The translations under genes and the position numbers were made by a program. 64,000 bases of DNA from a virus, in IMG/VR virus record IMGVR_UViG_3300045806_000063, positions 117,109 to 181,108 of that record; one strand, written 5' to 3'. The notes beneath the pieces were generated by a model that saw nothing but the letters and a program-made list of their open reading frames with translations, was not told where the DNA came from and ran no database searches. Below, piece after piece: positions 48,195 to 58,680 of the stretch. Each line of letters opens with the position of its first letter. Position 1 is the first letter of the stretch.

Positions 48195-49441
48195 GTGATT
48201 TGAACAAGTTAGAAAACTGGTATGTGCAACTACTGAACTCAGTAGATTGTAAGGTTGATCCGATGCCAGACTATACAGTTAAGTTTTACCTTAATGATGC
48301 GAAGGAAGGTCACATAGACCGACCTATCATTCTGAAGGATGGTGGAAAGGATAAAGAGCTTATTCTCCCAGTTAAAGAGTTAATTGCTAACATTGATGAC
48401 TGGGATAAAGTAATCGCATTCCATCCAGCATGTGAGAGTGTATTGGGTGGACAAAGTACTGTTCTAAACTTTCTTGTAACTATGGTTGCAGGAAAACTAA
48501 TACGGACTATTAGACTTCATGCATTGTCAATTCTGGAACTGTATCGCAATGAGGAGATTAGAGAAAGTTTAACCTTGGCTCAGCGTGAACTGTTATCGCA
48601 GTTTAGTTTTGACAAATCGACTCACAAACTGTTTACAGCTGTCGATAACAAAACTACTTTAATGGTTGGGGAGTTTCCTCTCTTGTCATTGCAGTTAGTT
48701 AGAGGCGGGGAGATTGGAGGAGTTCAGTATCTCAGAACGTGTAAACTGATACCGCACTTTCTGTTAATTGAAGATACAATCTGCGGTTGCACCCCAGGGT
48801 CTAAAGGAGCTAACTTAGGGATTAGAAAGTTACTCAGGTATCTGCTTCCTGATCAACTTGAGTATGGGGTTAATATTCAAGAACAGCCATACCTAAATGC
48901 ACTGTTAGAAACTTATCGCCGTGCTGCTATACACCTTAACTTTATCAATAGCATATTGGGAAAGTATAGTTTATCTACAAACATTAGCATGGATTGGTGG
49001 GATGACAAAGGTAGCGTGAATGAGTGGTTTAAACTATATCTACCTAAGACATTAGACGGTAATGTAGGTAAATCTCTAACTGCGCCAGAACCTACCCCAG
49101 CGAGAGTAGTTGAAGGTAGAGTTGAGTCTGAACCTGAACCTGTTCCGGTAAGAGTAGCTGAGAATAAAAGATCAGTTACAGATTCTTTAGGTGGTAACTA
49201 TCGTGAACTATCTCAATCCAGAGGTCGTGGAAGATTTACCTCCACTCCAGTAACCACTGGTACAAGAGATGGAAGAGGAACGGTAGTTGAGAGACAAAAA
49301 CCACGTACAGTAGCTGAAGCTGGATTAATGTATGGTAGTAGTCAATCTAATCTGCGTGAGGATAGAGATCGTAATGATAGAGGTAGAGGTAGAGGTATAG
49401 ACATAGATGTCTCATTTGGACGAAGAGGGAAGTTTCGTTAA
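48191..49441 (+). CDS. Conserved protein (phiKZ gp70 position) with Arg/Gly-rich tail
   Basis: IAFHPACESVLGGQSTVL; RGRGRG C-terminus. Confidence 0.6.
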   Translation: MSDLNKLENWYVQLLNSVDCKVDPMPDYTVKFYLNDAKEGHIDRPIILKDGGKDKELILPVKELIANIDDWDKVIAFHPACESVLGGQSTVLNFLVTMVAGKLIRTIRLHALSILELYRNEEIRESLTLAQRELLSQFSFDKSTHKLFTAVDNKTTLMVGEFPLLSLQLVRGGEIGGVQYLRTCKLIPHFLLIEDTICGCTPGSKGANLGIRKLLRYLLPDQLEYGVNIQEQPYLNALLETYRRAAIHLNFINSILGKYSLSTNISMDWWDDKGSVNEWFKLYLPKTLDGNVGKSLTAPEPTPARVVEGRVESEPEPVPVRVAENKRSVTDSLGGNYRELSQSRGRGRFTSTPVTTGTRDGRGTVVERQKPRTVAEAGLMYGSSQSNLREDRDRNDRGRGRGIDIDVSFGRRGKFR

Positions 49442-49449
49442 ATGATAAT

Positions 49450-49475
49450 AGGCTGACGTATTAATACGTCAGCCT
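49450..49475. terminator. 26-bp perfect palindrome, bidirectional terminator
   Basis: Between convergent genes. Confidence 0.7.
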
Positions 49476-49480
49476 TACCA

Positions 49481-49867
49481 TCAAGTTGTAGTCGTGGAAT
49501 TCAAGTATCTGTTTAAAAGTGATATGATATCTGATCGATTTGCTAAATAAATCTGACCTAAGTTTCCAGAGTAATCAGTAGGCGAATATAATCCATTAAG
49601 TCGCATAGTGATAAAATACATATCGGGCATTATATTCTGGGTAAATCGTAACAGGTTGTAGAAGTCACCTGTGAAAATACTTTCTTTTTTTGGATCTAAG
49701 GAAACGGGCCCAGTGGTAACCAATCCAAGGATATAAGGGATATGGTTTTCAATAAGGTTTCTAAACCCCACACTAGAGAGATTAGTATTACCTGGATCTA
49801 ACTGTTGTGAGCTTACTGATAGCGTATAAAGGGTATCGGGCACGGTTATAATCATTGAGTTCTCCAT
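49481..49867 (-). CDS. Small conserved protein, possibly baseplate wedge/LysM-like
   Basis: FTGDFYNLL...YFITMRLNG..SPTDY pattern. Confidence 0.45.
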   Translation of the reverse strand: MENSMIITVPDTLYTLSVSSQQLDPGNTNLSSVGFRNLIENHIPYILGLVTTGPVSLDPKKESIFTGDFYNLLRFTQNIMPDMYFITMRLNGLYSPTDYSGNLGQIYLANRSDIISLLNRYLNSTTTT

Positions 49868-49881
49868 TCATTAAAGTGGTA

Positions 49882-49896
49882 AAGATATATTATCTA
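49882..49896 (+). promoter_or_regulatory. Early-type promoter of nvRNAP beta/beta' genes
   Basis: aagatatattatcta. Confidence 0.7.
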
Positions 49897-49928
49897 ATTG
49901 GAAGTAAGGTAATTGTATAGGAGTTAGT

Positions 49929-52034
49929 ATGAAAAAAGAAGTAATAGCAGTAGATGGTGAATTAATGGGAATTGTAGCAATGATAAATTCATTTGCAACA
50001 TTTACCAGTGCACCAAGGATAGCAATGTTATGCAATCAGATTAGACAAGCATGTATGGTTGCCTCACCTGATATACCATTAATATTACACAGCTATGAGA
50101 GTCAGTTAAGAGCTTATGACATCAGAATGCCTGAAAATGGTATAGTGGTGTCCGTACATTATAAGTATCGTAACGGGTTTGATTCTAAGGATAAAAGATG
50201 TCCACTAATAACCGTAATCTATCAGAAGACTTCAGGGGAGAAAGCGGGGGAGTATGACTGTGTTAATATACATGAATTTAATACAAATCATCTCGATTAC
50301 GGTTCAAGGTATGTGCCTGAACCTATAATTGGTAAGCTACGCAAAGGGCTACCTATAGCTAAGGATACAATCTTTGCAAGATCTCCATCTAAATTAGTTG
50401 GAGACATTTATTCCACCAGTGTAACTTGTAACGTATTGGCAGTTGGCGATTCAGCTACTACGGAGGACGGGTTTCTAGCGAGTGACGAGTTTTGTATTCG
50501 TGCAGGGTTATTGGAAGTTGATAAGTACACAGGGTCGTGGGGGAAAAAAGCCTATCTATTAAATAGCTATGGAACCTTAAATGCATTTAAAGGGTATCCT
50601 GATATAGGTGAAAAAGTAAGACCTGATGGGTTATTAATGGCGTTTCGAACCTATCACGAGGACTTTGGTGCATTAGAGATGACAAATGAAGCTCTGATGA
50701 CTCCAATGCCTGAACACGATATAGAAATCTATGCAACTCCAGGATCAGTAGTCTACGACATCTTAGTTGAAAGTGGAATTGGAGAAACTACCAAGGAAGC
50801 GATTACTCCTGTTAATATAGCTAAGCAGTCAGAAAGATATATAAATCAGCTTTCTAATTATTATAAGGAGTTGCTTGAAGTAGAAGCTACAATTTTTAAA
50901 GAAAACAAACATGCTAGATTTTCAGAAGGGTTATTGCAGATCTTAACTAAAGCTTTAGCTGATAAACCAAATGCTCCAGCATTAAAGACTGGGGCAGGTG
51001 GTAGAGTAAGAAGATGTTATAGACGTGAGAACTTAGATGAGTATCGCATCGTAGTAAAAACGTATAACCCAACTAAATTAAACAAAGGAGCAAAGATTAC
51101 CGACCTAAACGGTAACAAGGGTGTGATATGTGGCATCAGACTGAAAAAGGATATGCCAATAGATTCTAAAGGTAATGTAGCTGATTTACTATTCTTCTTT
51201 AAGAGTGTAGTAGCTAGATTGAATACCGGAGGAATGATGGAAGGGTTTTGTGGAGCAGCCATACGGGATTTATCTGCTGAAATAACAGAACGGTATAACT
51301 CTAAACTGATAACTGGTGGCTGGAATGCTTTTCATCAGGACGCCTGGGATCGGATAGTAAATTTCTATAGGGTGTTTGTTATACTGAATTATGAATGGGC
51401 TACTAGTCCTGAAATAAGTGAGTCCGATAAGATTAACCATATCAATGTTATCATTGAGGATGTAATGCGAGTTACGTTCCCACTTGATAGCCCGAATAAT
51501 AACATCGATTTAGTAGGGAGTATTTTAACACAAGTCCAACCAACATATGGAAAGATCCAATACACTGATTTCCTTGGCAGGAAGACAATGTTAAGATATA
51601 ATGGGTTTATGTCAACTAAACAGATGATAGTTTTGGAGAAGACCAAACTAGATTTAATGGCAGTGTCCTCAGGAGTACGACAAATCCATGGTCTGCTAAC
51701 TGGTTCTAGTAGAGTTACCCGTAATGCAAATCCATCTAAGACACAGGCGGTACGAAACTTATCAGAGACCGAGATCAGAATGTTAGCGGGTATATGGGGC
51801 GGTGAACTAATAGCTCAGTATATGGCATTCACAAATGACCCAAGGGCTCATAAACATTTAATTGCTACAATATTAAGAGCTGACGACCCAATGATAATTC
51901 CAGATATCGAATCAGATATCAATGGTTCCAGAGCTTTGAAGTTGATAAAAGATGTGTTTTTCACATACGGTATTGTAATAAGAAAAACGGTTAGTCAATG
52001 TAGTAGAATGGTGAATACATGGTTAAAGAAATAA
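49929..52034 (+). CDS. Non-virion RNA polymerase beta subunit, C-terminal part (phiKZ gp71-73-like)
   Basis: TSAPRIAM, TTEDGFL, GAKITDLNGNKGVI (beta K..K region), RLNTGG, QAVRNLSETEIRML; uninterrupted. Confidence 0.9.
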   Translation: MKKEVIAVDGELMGIVAMINSFATFTSAPRIAMLCNQIRQACMVASPDIPLILHSYESQLRAYDIRMPENGIVVSVHYKYRNGFDSKDKRCPLITVIYQKTSGEKAGEYDCVNIHEFNTNHLDYGSRYVPEPIIGKLRKGLPIAKDTIFARSPSKLVGDIYSTSVTCNVLAVGDSATTEDGFLASDEFCIRAGLLEVDKYTGSWGKKAYLLNSYGTLNAFKGYPDIGEKVRPDGLLMAFRTYHEDFGALEMTNEALMTPMPEHDIEIYATPGSVVYDILVESGIGETTKEAITPVNIAKQSERYINQLSNYYKELLEVEATIFKENKHARFSEGLLQILTKALADKPNAPALKTGAGGRVRRCYRRENLDEYRIVVKTYNPTKLNKGAKITDLNGNKGVICGIRLKKDMPIDSKGNVADLLFFFKSVVARLNTGGMMEGFCGAAIRDLSAEITERYNSKLITGGWNAFHQDAWDRIVNFYRVFVILNYEWATSPEISESDKINHINVIIEDVMRVTFPLDSPNNNIDLVGSILTQVQPTYGKIQYTDFLGRKTMLRYNGFMSTKQMIVLEKTKLDLMAVSSGVRQIHGLLTGSSRVTRNANPSKTQAVRNLSETEIRMLAGIWGGELIAQYMAFTNDPRAHKHLIATILRADDPMIIPDIESDINGSRALKLIKDVFFTYGIVIRKTVSQCSRMVNTWLKK

Positions 52035-54034
52035 ATGCATCTGAATTCGTTTATAACTGTACCCAAACTCAAGTATGGGATCTACCTGAGGAATGGTACA
52101 ATGTAGTATTCAGTGATCAAACGATTCTTATGCATAAGAATCAAATTATCGGTTCATGGTATTACTGGGAAGTCTATAGACATTATCCTGTCATGCCTAT
52201 TCATAGTAAAGGAGCTATTACTAAATTCTTTAAAGCTAAAGACCATTTAGAAATTTTAGGATTTATACACTGGGAGATTTATAACTTTAATACCTTAACT
52301 CTAGATATTTCAGTATGGGATATATCTGGTACTGTAGTAGAGGCATCGAACAGATTGTTCAATATGACATGCTATTGTTTAGTGGAATGGATGCCAATGG
52401 GATCCATGCACGATGTGTATGAAATTATAAAGCATCCTGAAGTGCTTGAAGCTAAACGGATCTGTCAAGAAAAAGTAGTAGAGTCAGATTACGATGAGAA
52501 TGTTACAGCTTCTGCAATTAGTGAAATGGAGAGTAAGTTACGAGTTTTACTTTATGAAAATCCAGAACTCATGCCATTTAATGAAATTAAAAGAATGGCT
52601 ACGATGGGACTGGTTAATGAAAATCAGTTATTCCAATTAATAGGATGGAGAGGAAGAAGCAAAGATATTAATGATGAAGTATTCCATTACCCAGTGGAGT
52701 ATGGTTATGGAGAAGGGATACAGGACTTATATGCATTAGCAATTGAAAGTAGAGATGCTGCTAATGCTAAAGTTATGCAGAATACTCCATTACAGATATC
52801 AGAATATTTTAATAGGAAAACCCAAATTGCTGCTGCAGTAATTGCACGATGTATTGGAAAGGTTCCATTTAGACCATTAGAATATGGCGGCTGTACAGGG
52901 TATGAGACAGTACCTTTGTTAGTTACTGAGGATATAGCAAGTATCTTTCATGGTAAATTTCATATGGTGGAAGGTAAACCGATACTGATATGGAATGATA
53001 CAGACAAGTATGTTGGTCAGATTATACATGTAAGATCCACAACCGGATGTGGTTCGCCAAACGTGCAAGAGGTCTGCCATATTTGTGCTGGGTGGTCGTC
53101 CTTAATTATGCCACCCATTAAGAATTTTGGATATAAGGTGTCATCTGAGTCTGGTAAAATTATGACCTCAAAGATACTTAGTACCAAACACTTAACACGG
53201 TCAGCTATATCTAGTAAGTTTGCACTAGATTCAATAGCTAGTAAATGGTTTACGGTAAGACCTAAGGTATCTGATCATCTCTATCTCAATGCGGATCAAG
53301 CGAAATACGATTTAGTATTTCGAATAAGTATGGAGTATGTCAAACGGATAAGTCAGATCCAACATATATCAGTAAATCAATTATTACCAACTAACATTAC
53401 CGACATTCCACAATTTCAAATAAGCAGGGTTAGTAAAGATGGAATGGTTGAAGGTCTTGCTGATGTGATTAAGCTAGAGTTAGGAGGTTCTGGTGTATCA
53501 TTGTCACTTGAGATGTTAAATTACATTAAGCAGCACGGGTATAGTATTGGTAAAGGTAATGGCTATATTGAGTTTGTGGTCAAGAAATGGGATATAAAAC
53601 ATCCGATGTTTATAACCCCTAATAAAGGAGAAAATGTAATGACTGGATTTAATGAACTCAAATCGTTCCTGGAAGGTAAGCAGGATCGTGCTAATGCTAG
53701 GATCAGCAATTATAGATCTCGGGCAGCAGCTATAAGTGAGTTTATTAAAATTATGCAAAGTGGGGCTGGAGGAACCTATAACTTAACTCATCTTGAAATC
53801 ATTATTAGGAGCTTGATGATAGTAGATAGTGATGATCCGAAAAACTTTAAACTACCCTTAGCAGGAGAGCCGATTAAATTTGGTAATTTAAAACAGGTTA
53901 TATTTAACAGGTCGTTAGGAATGATGCTTCCATTGGAACGTCAGTTTGAGAACTTAAGTAATTTAAGTTTCTTAGATAACAATCCACAGACCGATCATAG
54001 CATGGACGCCCTAATGGGCGGTAGTTATGACTAA
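52019..54034 (+). CDS. Non-virion RNA polymerase beta' subunit, C-terminal part (phiKZ gp74-like)
   Basis: LAIESRDAA, SEYFNRK, C..P....VCHIC zinc site, ILSTKH, HLEIIIR. Confidence 0.88.
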   Translation: MVKEINASEFVYNCTQTQVWDLPEEWYNVVFSDQTILMHKNQIIGSWYYWEVYRHYPVMPIHSKGAITKFFKAKDHLEILGFIHWEIYNFNTLTLDISVWDISGTVVEASNRLFNMTCYCLVEWMPMGSMHDVYEIIKHPEVLEAKRICQEKVVESDYDENVTASAISEMESKLRVLLYENPELMPFNEIKRMATMGLVNENQLFQLIGWRGRSKDINDEVFHYPVEYGYGEGIQDLYALAIESRDAANAKVMQNTPLQISEYFNRKTQIAAAVIARCIGKVPFRPLEYGGCTGYETVPLLVTEDIASIFHGKFHMVEGKPILIWNDTDKYVGQIIHVRSTTGCGSPNVQEVCHICAGWSSLIMPPIKNFGYKVSSESGKIMTSKILSTKHLTRSAISSKFALDSIASKWFTVRPKVSDHLYLNADQAKYDLVFRISMEYVKRISQIQHISVNQLLPTNITDIPQFQISRVSKDGMVEGLADVIKLELGGSGVSLSLEMLNYIKQHGYSIGKGNGYIEFVVKKWDIKHPMFITPNKGENVMTGFNELKSFLEGKQDRANARISNYRSRAAAISEFIKIMQSGAGGTYNLTHLEIIIRSLMIVDSDDPKNFKLPLAGEPIKFGNLKQVIFNRSLGMMLPLERQFENLSNLSFLDNNPQTDHSMDALMGGSYD

Positions 54035-54120
54035 ATAATTAGAAAAGCTTGTAGCACACCATATGTGTTATGGTGTGCTACTGCTATCTTTAAAACGTCA
54101 ATTTTCATTAAGGAATAATC

Positions 54121-55680
54121 ATGGTTAGAATAAGGATACACATGCGTAGACATGGCTTTCTAGCCACTATGTTGTACGGAGGTGATATTGATATACTTTT
54201 TAAGTTTAATAACACAATACAGACTTGGAGATTAGCATACAACCATAAGTTTAAGAAAATGGTAAATGTGGTGGATAAATGTTATGCTATTAAGATGCAT
54301 CAGAAAGCCACCTATGGGTATCATGCAAATCTGTTAAGTAAATTCTTAACACACCTTAAAGAGTTTGGAATTCAAGACTCTGAAATAGAGTATACCTCTG
54401 CAACAATAGAGAGTCCTGATAAGGTACTCACTCCACTACATGTAGAACTGGCTTTAAAGCCTGAGTATAATCCAAGAGACCATCAACCTCATGTAATAGA
54501 CCATATACTGTCCTCAGAAGGCATCCTAGGTCGCATAACGGTGGCTAGCTTACAGATGGGGCAGGGTAAAACTTATTGTACGCTGTACAGCATTAGCAAG
54601 GTTGGTATTAGAGCATCCATTACAACAGCTCCAAGATATATCCAATCATGGATAGATGATATTGCTAAGTTCTATGAGAATGACAAAAGCTGTTATCGTT
54701 TAATCAGTACAACTAAAGAGTTTAAAAAACTTATTGATGATGGTAAAAGAGGGAAGTTAAAAAACCTAGCTATTATCATTATACCAAATACAATTCTAAG
54801 ACCATACTTTAAAGAGTATGAGATCTTTGGTAAATCAACATATGGCTGTGATCCAGAAGAACTCTATCAGACATTAGGTGTTTGCTGGAGAGTAACTGAT
54901 GAGGCACATGAGGATATCCATTTCCAGTTTAGACATGACATTCATACTAACGTACATAAACACGTGTGTTTGTCTGCTACATTGAAGTCTCATGACTCCT
55001 TTACAAATAAACTGTATGAAATACTCTACCCTTCAGCTGCAAGGCTTCAGGGAGTGGAGTGGAAGAAGTATATAATTGGAGTAGCTTTAGGTTATAAACT
55101 AGAATCTCCTGATGAAGCTAAGTATATGGGAGCTAAAGGTTATAGTCATAATGAATACGAGCAGTGGATAATGTCTGATACTCGGGTTAAATTAAACTAT
55201 TTTAAAATGATAACATCGTTAACAGAAAGATGTTTCATTAAGAAATACCAACCTGGACAACGATTCCTCGTGTATTTTGCATCTAAGGATATGATATACG
55301 CTTTTACCGAATACCTAAGTGAACACATTAGTATGCAGGATTTAAGGATAGCAGCATATACGGACAATGACCCACCAGAAATACCAAAAGAAAACGATAT
55401 ACTGATCTCAACCCCTAACAAGTCTGGTACAGGTAAAGATATATATGGACTGATTGCAATCCTGAATACCGTATCAATGCATACCATGCAAGGCAACTCA
55501 CAAATGTCTGGAAGGATTAGAGAGCATACAGCGGCAATGTTCCCAGGATCCGAACCCATGTTTTACTATTTGGTATGTACAGATATCCGTAAACAGAAAG
55601 ACTATCATGAATCAAAGGTGGATCAGTTTGCAGATGAGTTTAAAGAGTTAAGGGTTTTTAATACAAATCTAATTATTTAA
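54121..55680 (+). CDS. Superfamily 2 helicase (phiKZ gp75-like)
   Basis: QMGQGKT Walker A, TDEAH, LSAT, GTGKDI, QMSGRIR. Confidence 0.88.
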   Translation: MVRIRIHMRRHGFLATMLYGGDIDILFKFNNTIQTWRLAYNHKFKKMVNVVDKCYAIKMHQKATYGYHANLLSKFLTHLKEFGIQDSEIEYTSATIESPDKVLTPLHVELALKPEYNPRDHQPHVIDHILSSEGILGRITVASLQMGQGKTYCTLYSISKVGIRASITTAPRYIQSWIDDIAKFYENDKSCYRLISTTKEFKKLIDDGKRGKLKNLAIIIIPNTILRPYFKEYEIFGKSTYGCDPEELYQTLGVCWRVTDEAHEDIHFQFRHDIHTNVHKHVCLSATLKSHDSFTNKLYEILYPSAARLQGVEWKKYIIGVALGYKLESPDEAKYMGAKGYSHNEYEQWIMSDTRVKLNYFKMITSLTERCFIKKYQPGQRFLVYFASKDMIYAFTEYLSEHISMQDLRIAAYTDNDPPEIPKENDILISTPNKSGTGKDIYGLIAILNTVSMHTMQGNSQMSGRIREHTAAMFPGSEPMFYYLVCTDIRKQKDYHESKVDQFADEFKELRVFNTNLII

Positions 55681-55682
55681 AA

Positions 55683-55710
55683 GTGTTTGACTTCAGCTGA
55701 AGTCAAACAC
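55683..55710. terminator. 28-bp perfect palindrome
   Basis: gtgtttgacttcag|ctgaagtcaaacac, followed immediately by promoter aaacatatattatcaa (55711-55726). Confidence 0.65.
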
Positions 55711-55741
55711 AAACATATATTATCAAGTTGGAGGTAAGTCT

Positions 55742-56161
55742 ATGAACGAATATGAAGATGAGATTTTAGTAGAGTGTAAACTCCTCTTTAATTTTGAAAC
55801 AGTAGATAAGGAAGAAAGTGAAGATGTTTTAAACATGTTACTACCTGCGGTAGTAGAAAAAATGTATATAGGTGATGTCGACTCAGTAGACGCGGTTATT
55901 GCATCAAGGTCTATAAGGATGGATTTAGAGAGTCGGAAATATTTAATTGACATTGCTGTTCATCGTAAACTAGAACATACGGCTATGCGGATGGAAGAAG
56001 AAATGTATATACAGGGGAATGCTACGAATCCTCGGTTAGCCCATCTTATAAAAACACACAATCCTGTAAGAGGAAAGTTTCTACCTAATGATACTATATT
56101 GATTACATGTCAAAAGAAAGACATACTCATCGATAGTTCGAATATAGTGGGATATAAATAG
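55742..56161 (+). CDS. Hypothetical acidic protein
   Basis: 139 aa, GGAGG RBS. Confidence 0.65.
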   Translation: MNEYEDEILVECKLLFNFETVDKEESEDVLNMLLPAVVEKMYIGDVDSVDAVIASRSIRMDLESRKYLIDIAVHRKLEHTAMRMEEEMYIQGNATNPRLAHLIKTHNPVRGKFLPNDTILITCQKKDILIDSSNIVGYK

Positions 56162-56175
56162 AGGTAATAAGGAAT

Positions 56176-56568
56176 ATGATTAAGGATTCTTTGAATAACA
56201 TTAGTCCAATGACAGTATCAGTTCCATTAGCTGTTCGTGGAAGGCATGTGGAAGATGAGGTATTGTTATGGTATATTGGGGAGTTGCTATGGTACCTGCG
56301 CTCGGGTAATCACCTCTTTGGAAGTAAATTTTCTATTACTGAAGCAGAACTGGAATACTATACTGGTCAAATACTTTATGAAATGCGGGATTTCACATTT
56401 GACCACTCCTTACTTATAACATTTGAAGAAGCTTTGTTAGAGGGACTTATGAATGATATTGCTTCAGTTATCTTTACTATGAATAAAGCTATTCATAACG
56501 ATCATTTTCTAGTGGGGTTAATTTCACATAAGTGCAGTACTGACTTATTGTTCGATTGTTTAAACTGA
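56176..56568 (+). CDS. Hypothetical protein
   Basis: 130 aa, AAGGA RBS. Confidence 0.65.
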   Translation: MIKDSLNNISPMTVSVPLAVRGRHVEDEVLLWYIGELLWYLRSGNHLFGSKFSITEAELEYYTGQILYEMRDFTFDHSLLITFEEALLEGLMNDIASVIFTMNKAIHNDHFLVGLISHKCSTDLLFDCLN

Positions 56569-56577
56569 GGAACTAGT

Positions 56578-57009
56578 ATGTCAGATCAGAATACTTTAGA
56601 TCTGCAGATATCACTGCCAACCGCTATGGTTCCTAAGTCAGAATACTTAGAGTTAGTTTATGAGATTATATTCAATGACTTATCACCTGATGAAATTTGG
56701 AATGGAGTTACTGACTTATTAGATCATGATGAGATAGATGACATCCGTTTCTGTATTTCTGTACATGAGGACGTTCTGAAGCTTTATGAAATGTTATATA
56801 TTCTATTAGATTCACATATTGGATGGTTGAGAGATAATAACTACGAGACAATAGTCTCTTATGAACAGTTACACAATGGAACGAGTTTACGACTCATCAA
56901 AGAGAGTTCAGTAAATTTATCAAAACATAAAGAAAAACATCATTCTCTTTTTGAATGTATTCAACCCACTCCAGTTTCTTTAACGGAGAGAAAATGTCAG
57001 TATCTGTAA
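56578..57009 (+). CDS. Hypothetical acidic protein
   Basis: 143 aa, GAGGA RBS. Confidence 0.6.
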   Translation: MSDQNTLDLQISLPTAMVPKSEYLELVYEIIFNDLSPDEIWNGVTDLLDHDEIDDIRFCISVHEDVLKLYEMLYILLDSHIGWLRDNNYETIVSYEQLHNGTSLRLIKESSVNLSKHKEKHHSLFECIQPTPVSLTERKCQYL

Positions 57010-57488
57010 TTTACGGAATGCATGATTTAACAAAGCTTGCAGAAGACGAGTATGTGTTTAACATATTTTCATTAATGTATCACCATTATAAACTCAATGG
57101 TAATATTACAATGGATGACGTTTATGATATCTGCATTGAAGTTCATCGAGGGGTCTGGGCGGTTATATCCACAAGATACCTCGATGATACAAATTTGGTA
57201 AGTTCAATATATGGACTTACTCCACATGAGTTTTGGAGTGAAGTAGCTAAAGATCAATTCGATGTAATGTTTGATGGATTAAACAGTCTGTTATATACTC
57301 TTAATGAGAAGGGACATCTACGCAAACTTGGTTTATGGAGAATAAAGAAAAATGGTTTTAGAAGAATAGAGTGTATCTTAACTGATCGAGTTGGGATAAT
57401 TACCATGACTGGGGTAGTCGAAGATGAGATATCTAGGCTAAAGAAGTTTTATTCAATTCAACGATTATCAAATTTTAGGATACCTTAA
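56994..57488 (+). CDS. Hypothetical protein
   Basis: ATG 56994 after GGAG. Confidence 0.6.
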   Translation: MSVSVIYGMHDLTKLAEDEYVFNIFSLMYHHYKLNGNITMDDVYDICIEVHRGVWAVISTRYLDDTNLVSSIYGLTPHEFWSEVAKDQFDVMFDGLNSLLYTLNEKGHLRKLGLWRIKKNGFRRIECILTDRVGIITMTGVVEDEISRLKKFYSIQRLSNFRIP

Positions 57489-58190
57489 ATGAGTGACAAA
57501 CTGATCAGCGGAGAGTGTACGAGAACTCTAGAGAGAATCATAGAACTGGATAAACGTGTTGGAGAATACCAAGTGTTTATGAAGGTTACTCCTGAATTGA
57601 ATGTATCGGCCGGGTATCCATCAGAGTCTCATGAAGATTATCAGAGTGCACTAGAGCGTCTAATGAAAGACGGAGAAGATAAGGAAATCAAATATGATAT
57701 AGATGCTGCCTGGGAAAGGGATAAGGATAAACCTTTCCCAGTTAACCATGGTATATTACTTGATGATGAAAATCTCGAAGTAGAGGTAACTATCCCTATT
57801 GATGGTAGTAACTATGTCCAGGCTAAAGCCCTCTCTTCATTCGCTAATGATGCAATAGAATGTTATCTCTATACCAGATTAAATGAGGAAAATGGAGTAA
57901 GTTTAATACTGGATGCTCCATCGACAGTCAACGTATTAGATGAAGTTGAAACTAGAATAGCCGAAATAGTAGACTGTTATTTCGACGATATAGACTCCAG
58001 TGGAACTAACAGTTGTCCTAACGACATGTATTATTTGGTAAGGGATGCTATGGAAGGATTATCCTTAGTGCGATCAGATATTGATCTAGCATTAGTAAAT
58101 CCAAAACTCAGACAAATGAATAGCGTTTATGTTAATGCTGTGGACTCCTTAACAGCGAATACATTAAATTTTACTTTGACCAAGAATTAA
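57489..58190 (+). CDS. Hypothetical strongly acidic protein
   Basis: 233 aa, D/E-rich. Confidence 0.65.
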   Translation: MSDKLISGECTRTLERIIELDKRVGEYQVFMKVTPELNVSAGYPSESHEDYQSALERLMKDGEDKEIKYDIDAAWERDKDKPFPVNHGILLDDENLEVEVTIPIDGSNYVQAKALSSFANDAIECYLYTRLNEENGVSLILDAPSTVNVLDEVETRIAEIVDCYFDDIDSSGTNSCPNDMYYLVRDAMEGLSLVRSDIDLALVNPKLRQMNSVYVNAVDSLTANTLNFTLTKN

Positions 58191-58199
58191 ATAAAAACA

Positions 58200-58236
58200 T
58201 GATATCCATGGCTGCCATTGGCAGCCATGGATATCA
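58200..58236. terminator. 37-bp palindrome (1-nt centre), bidirectional terminator
   Basis: Between convergent genes. Confidence 0.75.
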
Positions 58237-58239
58237 GTA

Positions 58240-58680
58240 CTACTTTTTGTTTTTCATTTTATCTAACTCTTTTGCATCCTTTTTATTTTCATCCTCCATG
58301 ATTTCTCTAGCTATTTCTATATAGTTGTTCAATTCACTAATTGGAAGGTTTAACAGCTCCGTCAGTGAATGATTTGTTGACTCAGGTAGTTTATACTCCA
58401 TTAACACTTTAGCCACTGCACGGCTGACTGTATGCTTATGGAACATAGTTTTTTCAGTGTATGTAACGGTAGCATACGGGTCAGTATTATTAACGAACCC
58501 GAGATACAAGGCTACCTTTTCTTTTATTAATAGCTGGTTAGTTATGGAGTGGACGTGTGCTAAGGTGAATAACTCTTCAAACAAAGCGCCTATTAAGGCA
58601 TGTATTTCTACTGGATGCTCATACCTTACACCAATAAAGCTAAGGTCTAACTGTCGAATCTCCAGAACATAAGGTTGTAA
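58240..58680 (-). CDS. -1 frame extension of the upstream 553-aa protein (track ORF 58240-58584 is its distal part)
   Basis: Frame is open from the slippery T8 run to 58240 with no ATG before the TTG at 58584. Confidence 0.65.
   Translation of the reverse strand, partial: LQPYVLEIRQLDLSFIGVRYEHPVEIHALIGALFEELFTLAHVHSITNQLLIKEKVALYLGFVNNTDPYATVTYTEKTMFHKHTVSRAVAKVLMEYKLPESTNHSLTELLNLPISELNNYIEIAREIMEDENKKDAKELDKMKNKK

Noticed and set aside
16625-54034. Group I introns or inteins in terL, DNA polymerase or RNAP genes (known in some phiKZ relatives)
   Set aside because: ORFs are uninterrupted and of expected size; no HNH/LAGLIDADG or intein C...HN motifs found
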